From: Dehalococcoidia bacterium
GTDB lineage: Bacteria > Chloroflexota > Dehalococcoidia > DSTF01 > JACRBR01
Direction: 5' to 3'
NCBI GenBank assembly: GCA_041494685.1
Contig: JBGQBE010000005.1
Span: forward strand, 62,001-111,511
Length of the DNA stretch: 49,511 nt
Part shown: positions 7,526 through 16,588 of the stretch, piece by piece
Layout: each line of letters begins with the position of its first letter
Position numbering within the stretch: the first letter of the stretch is position 1
Made by a program: the position numbers and the translations under genes
Notes under the pieces: generated by a model
Told to the model about the DNA's origin: nothing
What the model saw: only the letters and a program-made list of their open reading frames with translations
Database searches by the model: none

Positions 7526-8842
7526 CTAGCTTCGCGGCTTCACCTTGAGCACGTCGTGGACGATGATCGCCTGGTCGCGCTCGGGGCCGACGGAGACGAT
7601 GTCGATCGGCGTCTTCAGCAGCGACTCGATCTTGCGGATGTAGTCGCGGGCCTTCGGCGGCAGCGAATCCCAGGAGCGGCAGCCGGAGGTCGGCGCGCGC
7701 CAGCCCTCGACTTCCTCGTACACGGGGCGCACCTTGCCGAGCACCACGGAGCTCGCGGGCATCGACGTGAGGATCGTGCCATCCTCGGTTTCGTACGCGG
7801 TGCAGATCTTGATCGACGGGAAGTTATCCAGCACGTCGAGCCGCGTCAGCACGCCGCTCGTGACGCCGTTGACCATCGCGCTATAGCGCGACGCCACGGC
7901 GTCGAACCAGCCGGTGCGGCGGGGGCGGCCCGTGTTTACGCCGATCTCCGGCCGCGGCCCCTCGATCTGCAGGATCTTGCCGGTCTCATCGAGCAGCTCT
8001 GTGGGCATCGGCCCGTTGCCGACGCGCGTCATGTACGCCTTGTAGATGCCGACCACCTGGTGGATCACCGTCGGCCCGATGCCGATGCCGATGCCTGCGC
8101 CACCCGCTGACGACGACGGCACCGACGACGTGACGTACTCGTACGTGCCGGCGTCGAGATCGAGCAAGCAGCCCTGCGCGCCCTCGAGCAGCACGGTCTC
8201 GCCGCGGTCCAGCGCGTCGTGCACGATCTGCGCCGTGTCGCGCACGAACGGGCGCAGCCGCTCGCCGAGCGCGGTGTAGGTGGCGAAGACCTCATCAAAG
8301 TTGAGCGGCGCGACGCCGTAGAGCTTCTCCAGCACGGCGTTCTTGTACGGCAGGACGAAGTCCAGGCGCGCGCGGAACGCTTCCGGGTCGATGAGATCGC
8401 CGACGCGGATGCCGAGGCGCGCGACCTTGTCGGTGAAGCACGGGCCGACGCCGCGGCCCGTCGTGCCGATGGCGGCCGCGCCGCGCATCGTCTCGTCGGC
8501 GACGTCGATCAGCGGGTGCCACGGCATCACGACGTGGCAGCGGTCGCTGACGAAGAGGTTGCCGACGCTGACGCCACGTGAGGCGAGCGTCTCGATCTCC
8601 TTGAGCAGTGGCCCCGGGTCGATGGCGACGCCGTTGCCGACGATGCAGGTCTTGTCGCGGTAGAAGATGCCGGCGGGCACGAGGTTCAGCTTGAACTCGC
8701 CCATGTCGTTGATGACGGTGTGGCCGGCGTTGTTGCCGGCGGAGTAGCGCGCCACCACGGACGCGCCCTGCGCTACCAGGTCGACAATGCGACCCTTGCC
8801 TTCGTCTCCCCACTGGCCACCGATAACAACTACTGCTGGCAT
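7526..8842 (-). CDS. purA: Adenylosuccinate synthetase
   Basis: GQWGDEGKG, GNNAGHT, IGTTGRGVGP, EGAQG and TGRPRRTGWFD motifs. Confidence 0.98.
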   Translation of the reverse strand: MPAVVVIGGQWGDEGKGRIVDLVAQGASVVARYSAGNNAGHTVINDMGEFKLNLVPAGIFYRDKTCIVGNGVAIDPGPLLKEIETLASRGVSVGNLFVSDRCHVVMPWHPLIDVADETMRGAAAIGTTGRGVGPCFTDKVARLGIRVGDLIDPEAFRARLDFVLPYKNAVLEKLYGVAPLNFDEVFATYTALGERLRPFVRDTAQIVHDALDRGETVLLEGAQGCLLDLDAGTYEYVTSSVPSSSAGGAGIGIGIGPTVIHQVVGIYKAYMTRVGNGPMPTELLDETGKILQIEGPRPEIGVNTGRPRRTGWFDAVASRYSAMVNGVTSGVLTRLDVLDNFPSIKICTAYETEDGTILTSMPASSVVLGKVRPVYEEVEGWRAPTSGCRSWDSLPPKARDYIRKIESLLKTPIDIVSVGPERDQAIIVHDVLKVKPRS

Positions 8843-9087
8843 AAAATTCGGCCGCTCCCGCGTCTTGCAGGCGGCCGCTCCCTTTCACGCGACGTGAACG
8901 CGCCGGAGCGGCGCGTTCCGCAACACTATACCAAAAGGGACGCTCCTGGATGGTAGCCGGCAAGCCGCGACATGCGGGTTTGCCCGGCGTGTCCGGGGCC
9001 ACGGAAGCCGCTACGCTGTGGTACCGCATGCACACGCCGGGGCGGCGCCCCATCGGGCGCGCCGGGCGCATCCTGGAGGAGACACGT

Positions 9088-9819
9088 ATGAGCAAGCTGT
9101 CCGACAAGATCCGCAAGGTCACGCGGCTGCAATCCGGCCCGCTGGGCTTCGGCGCCGCCAGGGCCGTCTCCGAGCCGACGATGGTGCTGGCCGCGCGCGC
9201 CGCCGACCCGGCGGGCGCCGCCGACCTGGCGCGGCGCGGCGCCGATATCGTGATCGTCGACCTTCACCGGGGGGTGGCGCCGGCTTCGGCCGACGTGCCG
9301 CTCGGCGCGGCGATCGCGGGCAAGACGGCGGCCGAATCGACGGCGGCGCGCGAGGCGGGGTACGACTTCGTGGTCTTCGACCCGGACGAGGCGACGGCGA
9401 CGGCGCTGCTGGACGACCAGATCGGCTACGTCCTGGCGCTGCCGAAGGACCTGGGCGACAACGAGACGCGCACGCTGGAAAGCTTCCAGCTCGACGCGAT
9501 CGACGTCGGCGAGATCAAGGGCGCGCTGACGGTTCGGCGGCAGATCGAGCTGCGGCGGATCGTCGGCATGGCGCGGAAGCCGCTGATGGCCACGGTCAGC
9601 GCCGACATCTCCAGCGCGGAGCTCCAGGCGCTGCGCGACACGAACGTCGTCGTGGTGGTAGCGCCGGATGCGGCGGGCGTCGACAAGCTGCGCAAGACGA
9701 TCGACGCGCTGCCGGCGCGGCGCGCGCGCAAGGACGGCGAGGACCGGCCGACGCCGCTCGTGCCGGTATCGGCGTCGGTAGGCGACGGCGACGAGCCGGA
9801 GCACGACCACGACGAATAA
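9088..9819 (+). CDS. Hypothetical protein, possibly a degenerate TIM-barrel (HpcH aldolase-like)
   Basis: GGAGG RBS before ATG 9088, host-like codon usage, alternating beta/alpha pattern (GADIVIVD, GYDFVVFD). Confidence 0.6.
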   Translation: MSKLSDKIRKVTRLQSGPLGFGAARAVSEPTMVLAARAADPAGAADLARRGADIVIVDLHRGVAPASADVPLGAAIAGKTAAESTAAREAGYDFVVFDPDEATATALLDDQIGYVLALPKDLGDNETRTLESFQLDAIDVGEIKGALTVRRQIELRRIVGMARKPLMATVSADISSAELQALRDTNVVVVVAPDAAGVDKLRKTIDALPARRARKDGEDRPTPLVPVSASVGDGDEPEHDHDE

Positions 9820-9844
9820 CGCGGGCGGAGCAGGAGTAGAGGCG

Positions 9845-10585
9845 ATGACGGCGGAGACGGGGCAGAACGCCGAGACGGTGGTCTACGGCGACTTCGCGGA
9901 CATCCTGAAGCCCGAGAGCAAGTGGGTGATCGGCGGCTTCCCGGGGTGGGAGTACCGCGAGCCCGATGCCGTCGTCGTGGTGCAGAGCGGCACGCTGCGC
10001 GTGACGGTGATGCCGCTGACGCGTGGACACAACTCCGTCCAGATCCTCGACAACGCCAAGCACATGTACTTCTCGAAGGAGACGTTCCAGGTGCCGCCGG
10101 GCGGTGAGATCTCGGTGGCGCTGGACATCCGCGCGCAGAAGTTCAACGGCGCGCCCAATGACTTCTACGACGGCTTCGTGTCGCTCAACCTGCTGGACTT
10201 TTCGACCGGGCTGGCGGTGGACTTCTTCGTCTCGAACGAGTGCTACGCCACCGTGTACGCGCGGCTGCCGTTCCCTGGGACGTCGGTCGAGGACGACGGG
10301 CAGAAGTACTTCGCGCTCTTCAAGGAGCAGCCGCTGCCGAAGGGCGAGCAGCAGCGGCACCGCTACAACATCACCTACGATCAGGGCGCGGACGAACTGC
10401 GCTTCTACGTCGAGGGCGCGCTGGTGAACCGCGAGGTGAACGTGCCGAAGATGGCCTCGTTCATCGCGGCGCTGGGCGTGATGACGGAGAAGGACATCGT
10501 GGACGGGAAGAGCGTGTCGTGCCACGGCCAGGGCATGGACGCGCAGTGGAGCCCGCTGACGATCACGCGCCGCTTCGCGCGCTGA
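9845..10585 (+). CDS. Hypothetical beta-sandwich protein (DUF6081-like)
   Basis: Host-like codon usage with RBS; beta-rich pattern including HRYNITYD..LRFYVEG. Family assignment is tentative. Confidence 0.6.
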   Translation: MTAETGQNAETVVYGDFADILKPESKWVIGGFPGWEYREPDAVVVVQSGTLRVTVMPLTRGHNSVQILDNAKHMYFSKETFQVPPGGEISVALDIRAQKFNGAPNDFYDGFVSLNLLDFSTGLAVDFFVSNECYATVYARLPFPGTSVEDDGQKYFALFKEQPLPKGEQQRHRYNITYDQGADELRFYVEGALVNREVNVPKMASFIAALGVMTEKDIVDGKSVSCHGQGMDAQWSPLTITRRFAR

Positions 10586-10610
10586 CCGCGCGCCGCGCTA
10601 CCATACCGCC

Positions 10611-10805
10611 ATGCCAGACCAATCGGACGCGCTACGGCCGGCGGGCGGAAGCGGACGCAGCTTCCTGGGCGTGCGGCGGATGACGCCGGAGGACGACGGC
10701 GTGCACCTGTACGACGATGCCGGCGCCGAAGTCGGCATCGTGCAATACGGCGAGCGCGTCTACGTCAACGGGCGCGTGATCTCGTTCACGGCGGCGAAGG
10801 GCTGA
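10611..10805 (+). CDS. Small hypothetical protein
   Basis: 64 aa, host-like codons, TACCAT -10 element 6 nt before the ATG. Confidence 0.55.
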   Translation: MPDQSDALRPAGGSGRSFLGVRRMTPEDDGVHLYDDAGAEVGIVQYGERVYVNGRVISFTAAKG

Positions 10806-10833
10806 GCGCGGCGGCCGCACCGCGAACAACTGG

Positions 10834-11124
10834 TCACCACCACGGCTTCTCGGCTCTGGTAATGGGCACGTAGCCCGTGTGCCCGCCCACCTCGTCCTCC
10901 CCTGATGGATAGACGCGATACGTGAATACCAGCGGAATCACGCCGTCGTAGTATTGATAGAAGACGCGGCCGTCCCCGTCTGTGTTCTTCTGAATGACGT
11001 CCCGGAAGTGGTAAGGGTTCTCGGAGAGGATCGAGCAGACTTGCTTGAAGAATTCTTGTTGTGCCGGGGAGCAGGAACTAACGGCGCGAAGGACCTCGGG
11101 TGATGGAGCGACTGTGAAGCTCAC
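10834..11124 (-). CDS. Atypical RelE/ParE-like small protein, putative toxin (module B)
   Basis: MSFTVAPSPEV..FKQVCSILSENPY aligns by eye with the N-terminus of 4135-4461. Overlaps the upstream gene by 47 nt. Confidence 0.55.
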   Translation of the reverse strand: MSFTVAPSPEVLRAVSSCSPAQQEFFKQVCSILSENPYHFRDVIQKNTDGDGRVFYQYYDGVIPLVFTYRVYPSGEDEVGGHTGYVPITRAEKPWW

Positions 11125-11434
11125 CCGATCCCAAGCCTTTCACGCGCTGCTCATAGGCGTGATCCGCCTCATCAAGGGCAGCCCGCATCCCTGGATCGGA
11201 GCCAGCGTTTACAAGTGCTTTCCGCCGCTGTTCAGGGGTGATCGTACTGGAATCTATCGCCGCTTCGTAGCGTTCGCGCGGGGTGAGGCCCGGCTTGGGC
11301 TTGAAGCCGAGTCTTGTAAGGGCATTCTTCAGCACGTGGCGTAGACGATCCACTGATGAAGTGTCGGCAGGCTGGGAGCCAGAGACCACCTTCATGACGC
11401 ACATCCGTCCTGCCGAGTCCGCTATCTCGACCAC
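11078..11434 (-). CDS. Small helical protein, putative antitoxin (module B)
   Basis: Contains LTPR and QRRKALVNAGSDPGMRAALDE, matching 4436-4687. Start uncertain (11395, 11404 or 11434). Confidence 0.5.
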   Translation of the reverse strand: MVEIADSAGRMCVMKVVSGSQPADTSSVDRLRHVLKNALTRLGFKPKPGLTPRERYEAAIDSSTITPEQRRKALVNAGSDPGMRAALDEADHAYEQRVKGLGSGELHSRSITRGPSRR

Positions 11435-11706
11435 GACACCTGGAGAGTGCCCTCGGGCGCTCCCTCCACAAGTACTCAGTCAGACTCTACTTGATGCCGT
11501 CTCAGCGGAGCAACGTTGATACGCCTTGGCCCATATCGGCGCTCGCCGGAGCCACGCTATGTTTCCGGGGACATAACGCTTTTACGAAGCGGCTGGCTTA
11601 TAATCTCCCCGCGAGCCGCTGGACTCCGTACAGCGGCGCTTTGTATCTCCGTGGAATGACGCGGCCACCCCGGCCGCTCGCGATCCTGGAAGGGAGCCTG
11701 GTCTCA

Positions 11707-13728
11707 ATGCTCAACGGCGCACTGAACGGCAAGATGCTCAACGTCCGGCTGCACGCCGGCACGGTCGAGGTGGAACAGATCCCGGAAGCGACCTACCGTA
11801 AGTACCTGGGCGGCTACGGCATCGGTTCGCGGCTGATGTTCGACCGGATCCCGGCAGGGGCGGACCCGTTGGGACCGGACAACGTGCTGGGCCTGTTCCC
11901 CGGGCTGCTGACAGGCACGCCGTTCTTCGGCATCCGCTACCAGGCGGTGGCGAAGTCGCCGAAGACAGGCGGCTGGGGCGACGCGAACGCCGGCGGTGAC
12001 TTCGGCCCGTACCTGAAGAATGCCGGCTGGGACGGCATCATGCTGTACGAGAAGTCCAGCAAGCCCGTGTACGTCTACATCGATGACGACAAGGCGGAGA
12101 TCCGCGACGCGAGCGACCTTTGGGGCATGCAGGCGATCGACGTGGAGATGAAGCTCAAGGAGCGGCACGGCAAGAAGGCCAGCGTGGCGTGCATCGGCCC
12201 GGCGGGCGAGAAGCTCTCGCTCATGGCGGGCATCTGCAACGAGCGCGGCCGGCTTGCGGCGCGCAGCGGCCTGGGCGCGGTGATGGGCTCGAAGAACGTG
12301 AAGGCGATCGTCGTCAACGCGTCGAAGAACATCATCGGCTCAAGCCCGGAGATCATGAAGCAGGTCCGCGTCTCGCTGGACGAGTTCGCGAAGCCGATCA
12401 CGAACTTCTTCCGCACCTACGGCACCACGGGCATCACGAACGGCTCCGCGATGTCGGGCGACGCACCGGTGAAGAACTGGGGCGGCGCCGGTATGGTGGA
12501 CTTCCCGCAGGGCATGGTGCTCTCGGGCGACGCCTTCAACAAGCGGATGGACAAGAAGTACGCCTGCTGGCACTGCCCCGTCGCCTGCGGCGGCGAGTCG
12601 TACGCGTGGGACGAGCAGGAAAACCAGTCCAGGCTGCGCATCGCGAAGCGCGAGACGGACGCCAACGCGCTGAAAGCGGAACTGGCCGGCGCGGCGGACG
12701 ATCGCAAGCAACAGATCGAGGCGCTGCTGAAGAAGATCGAGACGGACAGCGCCGCCGACGGCCAGATCAAGAACGACCCGCGCTTTCCGTACCCGCACCA
12801 CACGCACCGCGCCGAGTACGAGACGACGACCGCGTTCGGCGCGATGATGCTGAACAACGACATCAACTCCCTGCAATACGCCAACCACCTGTGCAACCAG
12901 TACGGCCTGGACACGATCGCCGCCGGGGCGACGCTGGCGTTCGCGATGGAGTGCTTCGAGAACGGCCTGATCACGAAGGAAGACACCGACGGCATCGACC
13001 TTCGCTGGGGCAACAGCGAGGCCATCATGGCCGCGCTGCACAAGATCGGCACGAAGGAAGGGCCGCTAGGCGAACTCTTCGGCGACGGCGTGAAGGCGGC
13101 CTCAGCGAAGATCGGACCGAAGTCGCTGGAGTTCGCGATGGAGGTCGGCGGCGAAGAGTTGCCGATGCACGACTCGAAGCTGCAGCCGGAGTACTACACG
13201 ACCTACAAGCTCGACGCCACGCCCGCGCGCCACACGCAGTACGAGGCCGCGCCCCGGCCGCAGTGGAACCTCGCGAAGCCGCCCCAGGACCGCAAGCAGG
13301 CGACCGAGCGCGGCCAGCACCACAAGGACGCTGCCGAGTACATGCACGTCGTCAACTCGGCCGGCATGTGCATGTTCATCATGATGGGTGCGCCCAACAA
13401 CCGCATCCCGGAGTGGATCAACATTGAGACGGGCTGGGACACGTCGATGGACGAGTTGAAGCAGGTCGGCGAGCGGATCGCCAACCTGCGGATGGCGTTC
13501 AACGTCCGCGAGGGCGACATCGTCACGAAGCGGCGGGTGCCCGACCGGCTGTGGGGCGGCCGCCCGCTCGAGGCCGGCCCGCACAAGGACGTCGTGCTCG
13601 ACACGAAGACGCTGGAGCAGGACTACCTCGCGGCGTGCGACTGGGACGCCGCGACGGCCGCGCCGAGCAAGCGAAAGCTGGAGTCGCTGGGCCTCGCGGA
13701 CGTGGCCGAGGCGATCAAGGCACGCTAG
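11707..13728 (+). CDS. Aldehyde:ferredoxin oxidoreductase (AOR/WOR tungstoenzyme family)
   Basis: YLGGYGIG, KSPKTGGWGDANAGG, CIGPAGE, AARSGLGAVMGSKNVKAI, CxxCxxxC, EYET and YGLDTI motifs; GGGAG RBS. Confidence 0.93.
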   Translation: MLNGALNGKMLNVRLHAGTVEVEQIPEATYRKYLGGYGIGSRLMFDRIPAGADPLGPDNVLGLFPGLLTGTPFFGIRYQAVAKSPKTGGWGDANAGGDFGPYLKNAGWDGIMLYEKSSKPVYVYIDDDKAEIRDASDLWGMQAIDVEMKLKERHGKKASVACIGPAGEKLSLMAGICNERGRLAARSGLGAVMGSKNVKAIVVNASKNIIGSSPEIMKQVRVSLDEFAKPITNFFRTYGTTGITNGSAMSGDAPVKNWGGAGMVDFPQGMVLSGDAFNKRMDKKYACWHCPVACGGESYAWDEQENQSRLRIAKRETDANALKAELAGAADDRKQQIEALLKKIETDSAADGQIKNDPRFPYPHHTHRAEYETTTAFGAMMLNNDINSLQYANHLCNQYGLDTIAAGATLAFAMECFENGLITKEDTDGIDLRWGNSEAIMAALHKIGTKEGPLGELFGDGVKAASAKIGPKSLEFAMEVGGEELPMHDSKLQPEYYTTYKLDATPARHTQYEAAPRPQWNLAKPPQDRKQATERGQHHKDAAEYMHVVNSAGMCMFIMMGAPNNRIPEWINIETGWDTSMDELKQVGERIANLRMAFNVREGDIVTKRRVPDRLWGGRPLEAGPHKDVVLDTKTLEQDYLAACDWDAATAAPSKRKLESLGLADVAEAIKAR

Positions 13729-13752
13729 CGATACCACGCACACCGTACGTAA

Positions 13753-13782
13753 CAGCGGAGGCCCCTTCGGGGGCCTTCGCTG
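13753..13782 (+). terminator. Hairpin downstream of the AOR gene
   Basis: CAGCGGAGGCCCC-TTCG-GGGGCCTTCGCTG. Confidence 0.65.
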
Positions 13783-13954
13783 CGTGTCCCGGCGACAGTC
13801 GGCGCGGCGGGCGCAGCGGGCCACGCCCCTACCCGGGACCTCTCGCTCAGGCCAGGCGGGCGCGACCCATCCATCATCGGCGGATACCTTCCCCGACCAT
13901 CATTTGTCTCCATCTGTGGACAACGTTGTCCCGCGCGCGACGTGCGGACAAACA

Positions 13955-13984
13955 GAACGGCCCCGCATGCATACGGGGCCGTTC
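13955..13984 (-). terminator. Intrinsic terminator of the 14011-14292 gene
   Basis: GAACGGCCCCG..CGGGGCCGTTC stem followed by TGTTTGT on the minus strand. Confidence 0.7.
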
Positions 13985-14010
13985 GTGCGTTCGGACGGAA
14001 CGTCTGGAGA

Positions 14011-14292
14011 CTACGCCGCACTCTCCTCGCGGATTTCGTCCTTCTGGATGAGGGCGGGCGCCGTCTCTTCGCGCGCGGCGGGCGCGAAGTCGATGCTGCT
14101 GAACATCCTTGCAATGGGGCCGGCGGCCACGAGGGTCAAGAAGCCGGCCACGCGGGCGGCGGCACCCTCTGCCACTCCGGAAACGGGCGATTGCGCCCCG
14201 AGGCCGAAGGGATCGAGCCAGCGGCTCCATTCCTGCTGAAAGTAGGCCGTCCAAAGGTCCGTGTTGGCGACCGTAGCTTCGTGCGAGTTCAC
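14011..14292 (-). CDS. Small hypothetical protein (93 aa)
   Basis: AAGGAG RBS before GTG 14292, TACACT -10 at 14331-14336, and its own terminator. Confidence 0.6.
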   Translation of the reverse strand: MNSHEATVANTDLWTAYFQQEWSRWLDPFGLGAQSPVSGVAEGAAARVAGFLTLVAAGPIARMFSSIDFAPAAREETAPALIQKDEIREESAA

Positions 14293-14595
14293 GAGAGTTG
14301 ACTCCTTCGTGTAGTGCATGTCACACGCCCAGTGTAGGCGCACGGCATAACGCCGGCGTTAAGCGCCCGTTAATTCGCAGTGAACAGGCAGTGGTGTTGG
14401 AGAACGGTGGAATGCCACGATGTCACTAACATCGGCACCGCAGGTCCGTTCCCGAAGAGCCTACCGGACGCCCGTCCACAAATCAATCTTGGGTAAATCG
14501 CGGCCGCGGTGGTATAGGGAGTTTCCCGCCATCCCGTGATCGATCCCGCGACTGTTTGCCTCCGGTGAAGCCTGGACGCGCGAGCCTGCCGCTCG

Positions 14596-15300
14596 CTACG
14601 ACCGGCCGTCGCCCTCACCGGCGCCGTGCTCCATGCGGCTGAAGTAATCCTGCAGCGTGCGGCCCGGCTCGTCGGCGAAGCGCTCGGGCAGCGTACGCAG
14701 CTCGCGGATGCGGTCGAGCCGGAAGCTGCGGAAGTCCGTCCGCAGCTCGCACCAGGCGGCGAGCGACCAGCCGTACCCCCAGAAGAAGAGCCCAAGCGGC
14801 CGCACGGTGCGGTCCGTCGCATCGCCGCCGGCGGCGGTGTAGGCCAGGTGCACCGCCCGCCGCTGGTCGATCGCGCGCCGCAACGACGCCAGCCGCTCGA
14901 CGACGGCCGCGGGCACGTGGAAGCCGGGCGCGAAGAGCGGCGTCCCGTTGAGGCGGCTCTTCAGCCGCTCGGGCAGCACCGCCTCCACGCGCGCCAGCGC
15001 CTCCGCCGCCGCCTTGGCGAGGCCCGCGTCGCCCCAACTGGTGACGACGCGGGCGCCCAGCACCATCGCCTCGATCTCGGCCTCGCTGAACATCAACGGC
15101 GGCAGGTCGAAGCCGCGGCGCAGCACGTAGCCGACGCCAGCCTCGCCTTCGATCGGCACGCCCGAGAGCATGAGGTCGCGTACGTCGCGGTAGACCGTAC
15201 GCTCCGACACCTCCAGCTCGCGCGCCAGCCACGCCGCCGTCGCCACGTTGCGCCGCCGCAGCAACTGGATCAGCTGGAACAGGCGGTCAGCCCGCCGCAC
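14596..15300 (-). CDS. YafY-family HTH-WYL transcriptional regulator
   Basis: RRADRLFQLIQLL..LEVSERTVYRD..GEAGVGY HTH; R.V.PLGL..WSLAAWCELRTDFRSFRLDRI WYL domain. Confidence 0.93.
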   Translation of the reverse strand: MRRADRLFQLIQLLRRRNVATAAWLARELEVSERTVYRDVRDLMLSGVPIEGEAGVGYVLRRGFDLPPLMFSEAEIEAMVLGARVVTSWGDAGLAKAAAEALARVEAVLPERLKSRLNGTPLFAPGFHVPAAVVERLASLRRAIDQRRAVHLAYTAAGGDATDRTVRPLGLFFWGYGWSLAAWCELRTDFRSFRLDRIRELRTLPERFADEPGRTLQDYFSRMEHGAGEGDGRS

Positions 15301-15306
15301 GTCGCA

Positions 15307-15666
15307 TCACTGGCCCTTGAACTCGATCAGTTGCAGGTAGTTGCCGTCCGGGTCGGTGAACGTTGAGATGACGCCGCCCCACTCCTCGCGGCCGGCGTTG
15401 CGGATGCACGGCACGCCCGCCGCCTCGAGCGGCTTCTGGGCCGCGGCGAGGTCATCGACGAAGAGGTTGATCAGCACGCGCTGCGGCTCCTTCGCGGGGC
15501 CCTTTGTGTCGCTGTGGCCATCGACGAAGATCGTCGACGGCCCGACGGCGAACGCCCCGTCGCCCATCTCGGCCCGGCGCTCCAGGCCTACGGTGGTGCC
15601 GTAGAAGGCCTTGAGCCGGTCCGGGTTGTCGCTGGTCAGGTTGATGGCGAACATGTTGATCTGCAC
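15307..15666 (-). CDS. VOC/glyoxalase family protein
   Basis: LKAFYGTTVGL..LFVDDL..WGG..FTDPDGNYLQLIE; AAGGAGG RBS. Confidence 0.9.
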   Translation of the reverse strand: MQINMFAINLTSDNPDRLKAFYGTTVGLERRAEMGDGAFAVGPSTIFVDGHSDTKGPAKEPQRVLINLFVDDLAAAQKPLEAAGVPCIRNAGREEWGGVISTFTDPDGNYLQLIEFKGQ

Positions 15667-15714
15667 GATGATCCTCCTTGCTGCGTGACTGGTAGAGCGC
15701 CATCGTAGATCGGC

Positions 15715-15783
15715 CCTGCTGACAGCATTCTGTCAGGAGTACGGCGTCGGCGTCGAGTCCTGGTGACACGTGTCTGTCAGGAG
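15715..15783. promoter_or_regulatory. Tandem palindromic operators, putative WYL regulator sites
   Basis: Two 25-bp copies of CCTG(C/G)TGACA-N6-TGTCAGGAG at 15715-15739 and 15759-15783; TACGAT -10 at 15702-15707 on the minus strand. Confidence 0.7.
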
Positions 15784-15790
15784 CGCGGCG

Positions 15791-16588
15791 TCAGGAGTCT
15801 CGCTTCGCCTTCACGTGGTGCAGGAAGCGCAGGCGGATGAGGTCGCGGAAGACCTCCCACGCCTGTTGCGGGCGCACGCGCAGGCGCGAGCCCTCGACAT
15901 GATGCCAGCTGACCGGGACGGAGACGACCCGGTAGCCGAGCGACCGCGCGATGTAGAGCACCTCGGCGTCGAAGATCCAGCCGCTGAGCTGCTGCTGCCG
16001 GAAGATGTCCTTCGCGGCTGAGTGCTCGAAGCCCTTCATCGGGCACTGCGTGTCGTCGATGTCCGGCAGGACGCGCATGCCCTTCCGCATCATCGTGAAG
16101 AGGCGGCCGACCATGCGGCGCTGCGTCGGCTGGCTCGCGCGCATGTCGCTGCCGTCCGGCTGGATGCGGCTGCCGATGGCGACCGGCGCACCGTCCTTCA
16201 GCCTGTCCAGCAGCCGCAGCGCGTCGTCGGGCGGCGTGGCGAGATCGGCGTCCATGAAGAAGACATAGCGGCCGCGCGCCTCCATGATGCCGGTGCGGAT
16301 CGCCGCGCCTTTGCCGCGGTTGTGCTGGTGGCGCACGGTGCGCAGCGTGACGCGGGGCGGCAGCCCGGCGGCGATGCGGGCGCGAATGATCTCAGGCGTG
16401 GCATCGCGGCTGCCGTCGTCGGCGATCACGATCTCGCTGTCGAAGGGCTGCTGCGCGAGGAACTCGATCACGCGGTCGAGGCTCGCCGGCAGACGCGCCT
16501 CTTCGTCGTACGCGGGCAGCACGAACGAGGCGTACGGGGCGCCGGCGTCAGGCGTCTGCTGCGCGTCCGTGGCGGCGGGGCCGCTCAC
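15791..16588 (-). CDS. GT2 glycosyltransferase (dolichyl-phosphate beta-glucosyltransferase-like)
   Basis: LPAYDEE, DDGSRDAT, NRGKGAAIRTG, FMDADL, DTQC and FDAEVL motifs. Confidence 0.9.
   Translation of the reverse strand: MSGPAATDAQQTPDAGAPYASFVLPAYDEEARLPASLDRVIEFLAQQPFDSEIVIADDGSRDATPEIIRARIAAGLPPRVTLRTVRHQHNRGKGAAIRTGIMEARGRYVFFMDADLATPPDDALRLLDRLKDGAPVAIGSRIQPDGSDMRASQPTQRRMVGRLFTMMRKGMRVLPDIDDTQCPMKGFEHSAAKDIFRQQQLSGWIFDAEVLYIARSLGYRVVSVPVSWHHVEGSRLRVRPQQAWEVFRDLIRLRFLHHVKAKRDS

Noticed and set aside
13915..13923. DnaA-box-like TGTGGACAA
   Set aside because: A single box with no cluster or AT-rich unwinding element is not enough to call oriC.
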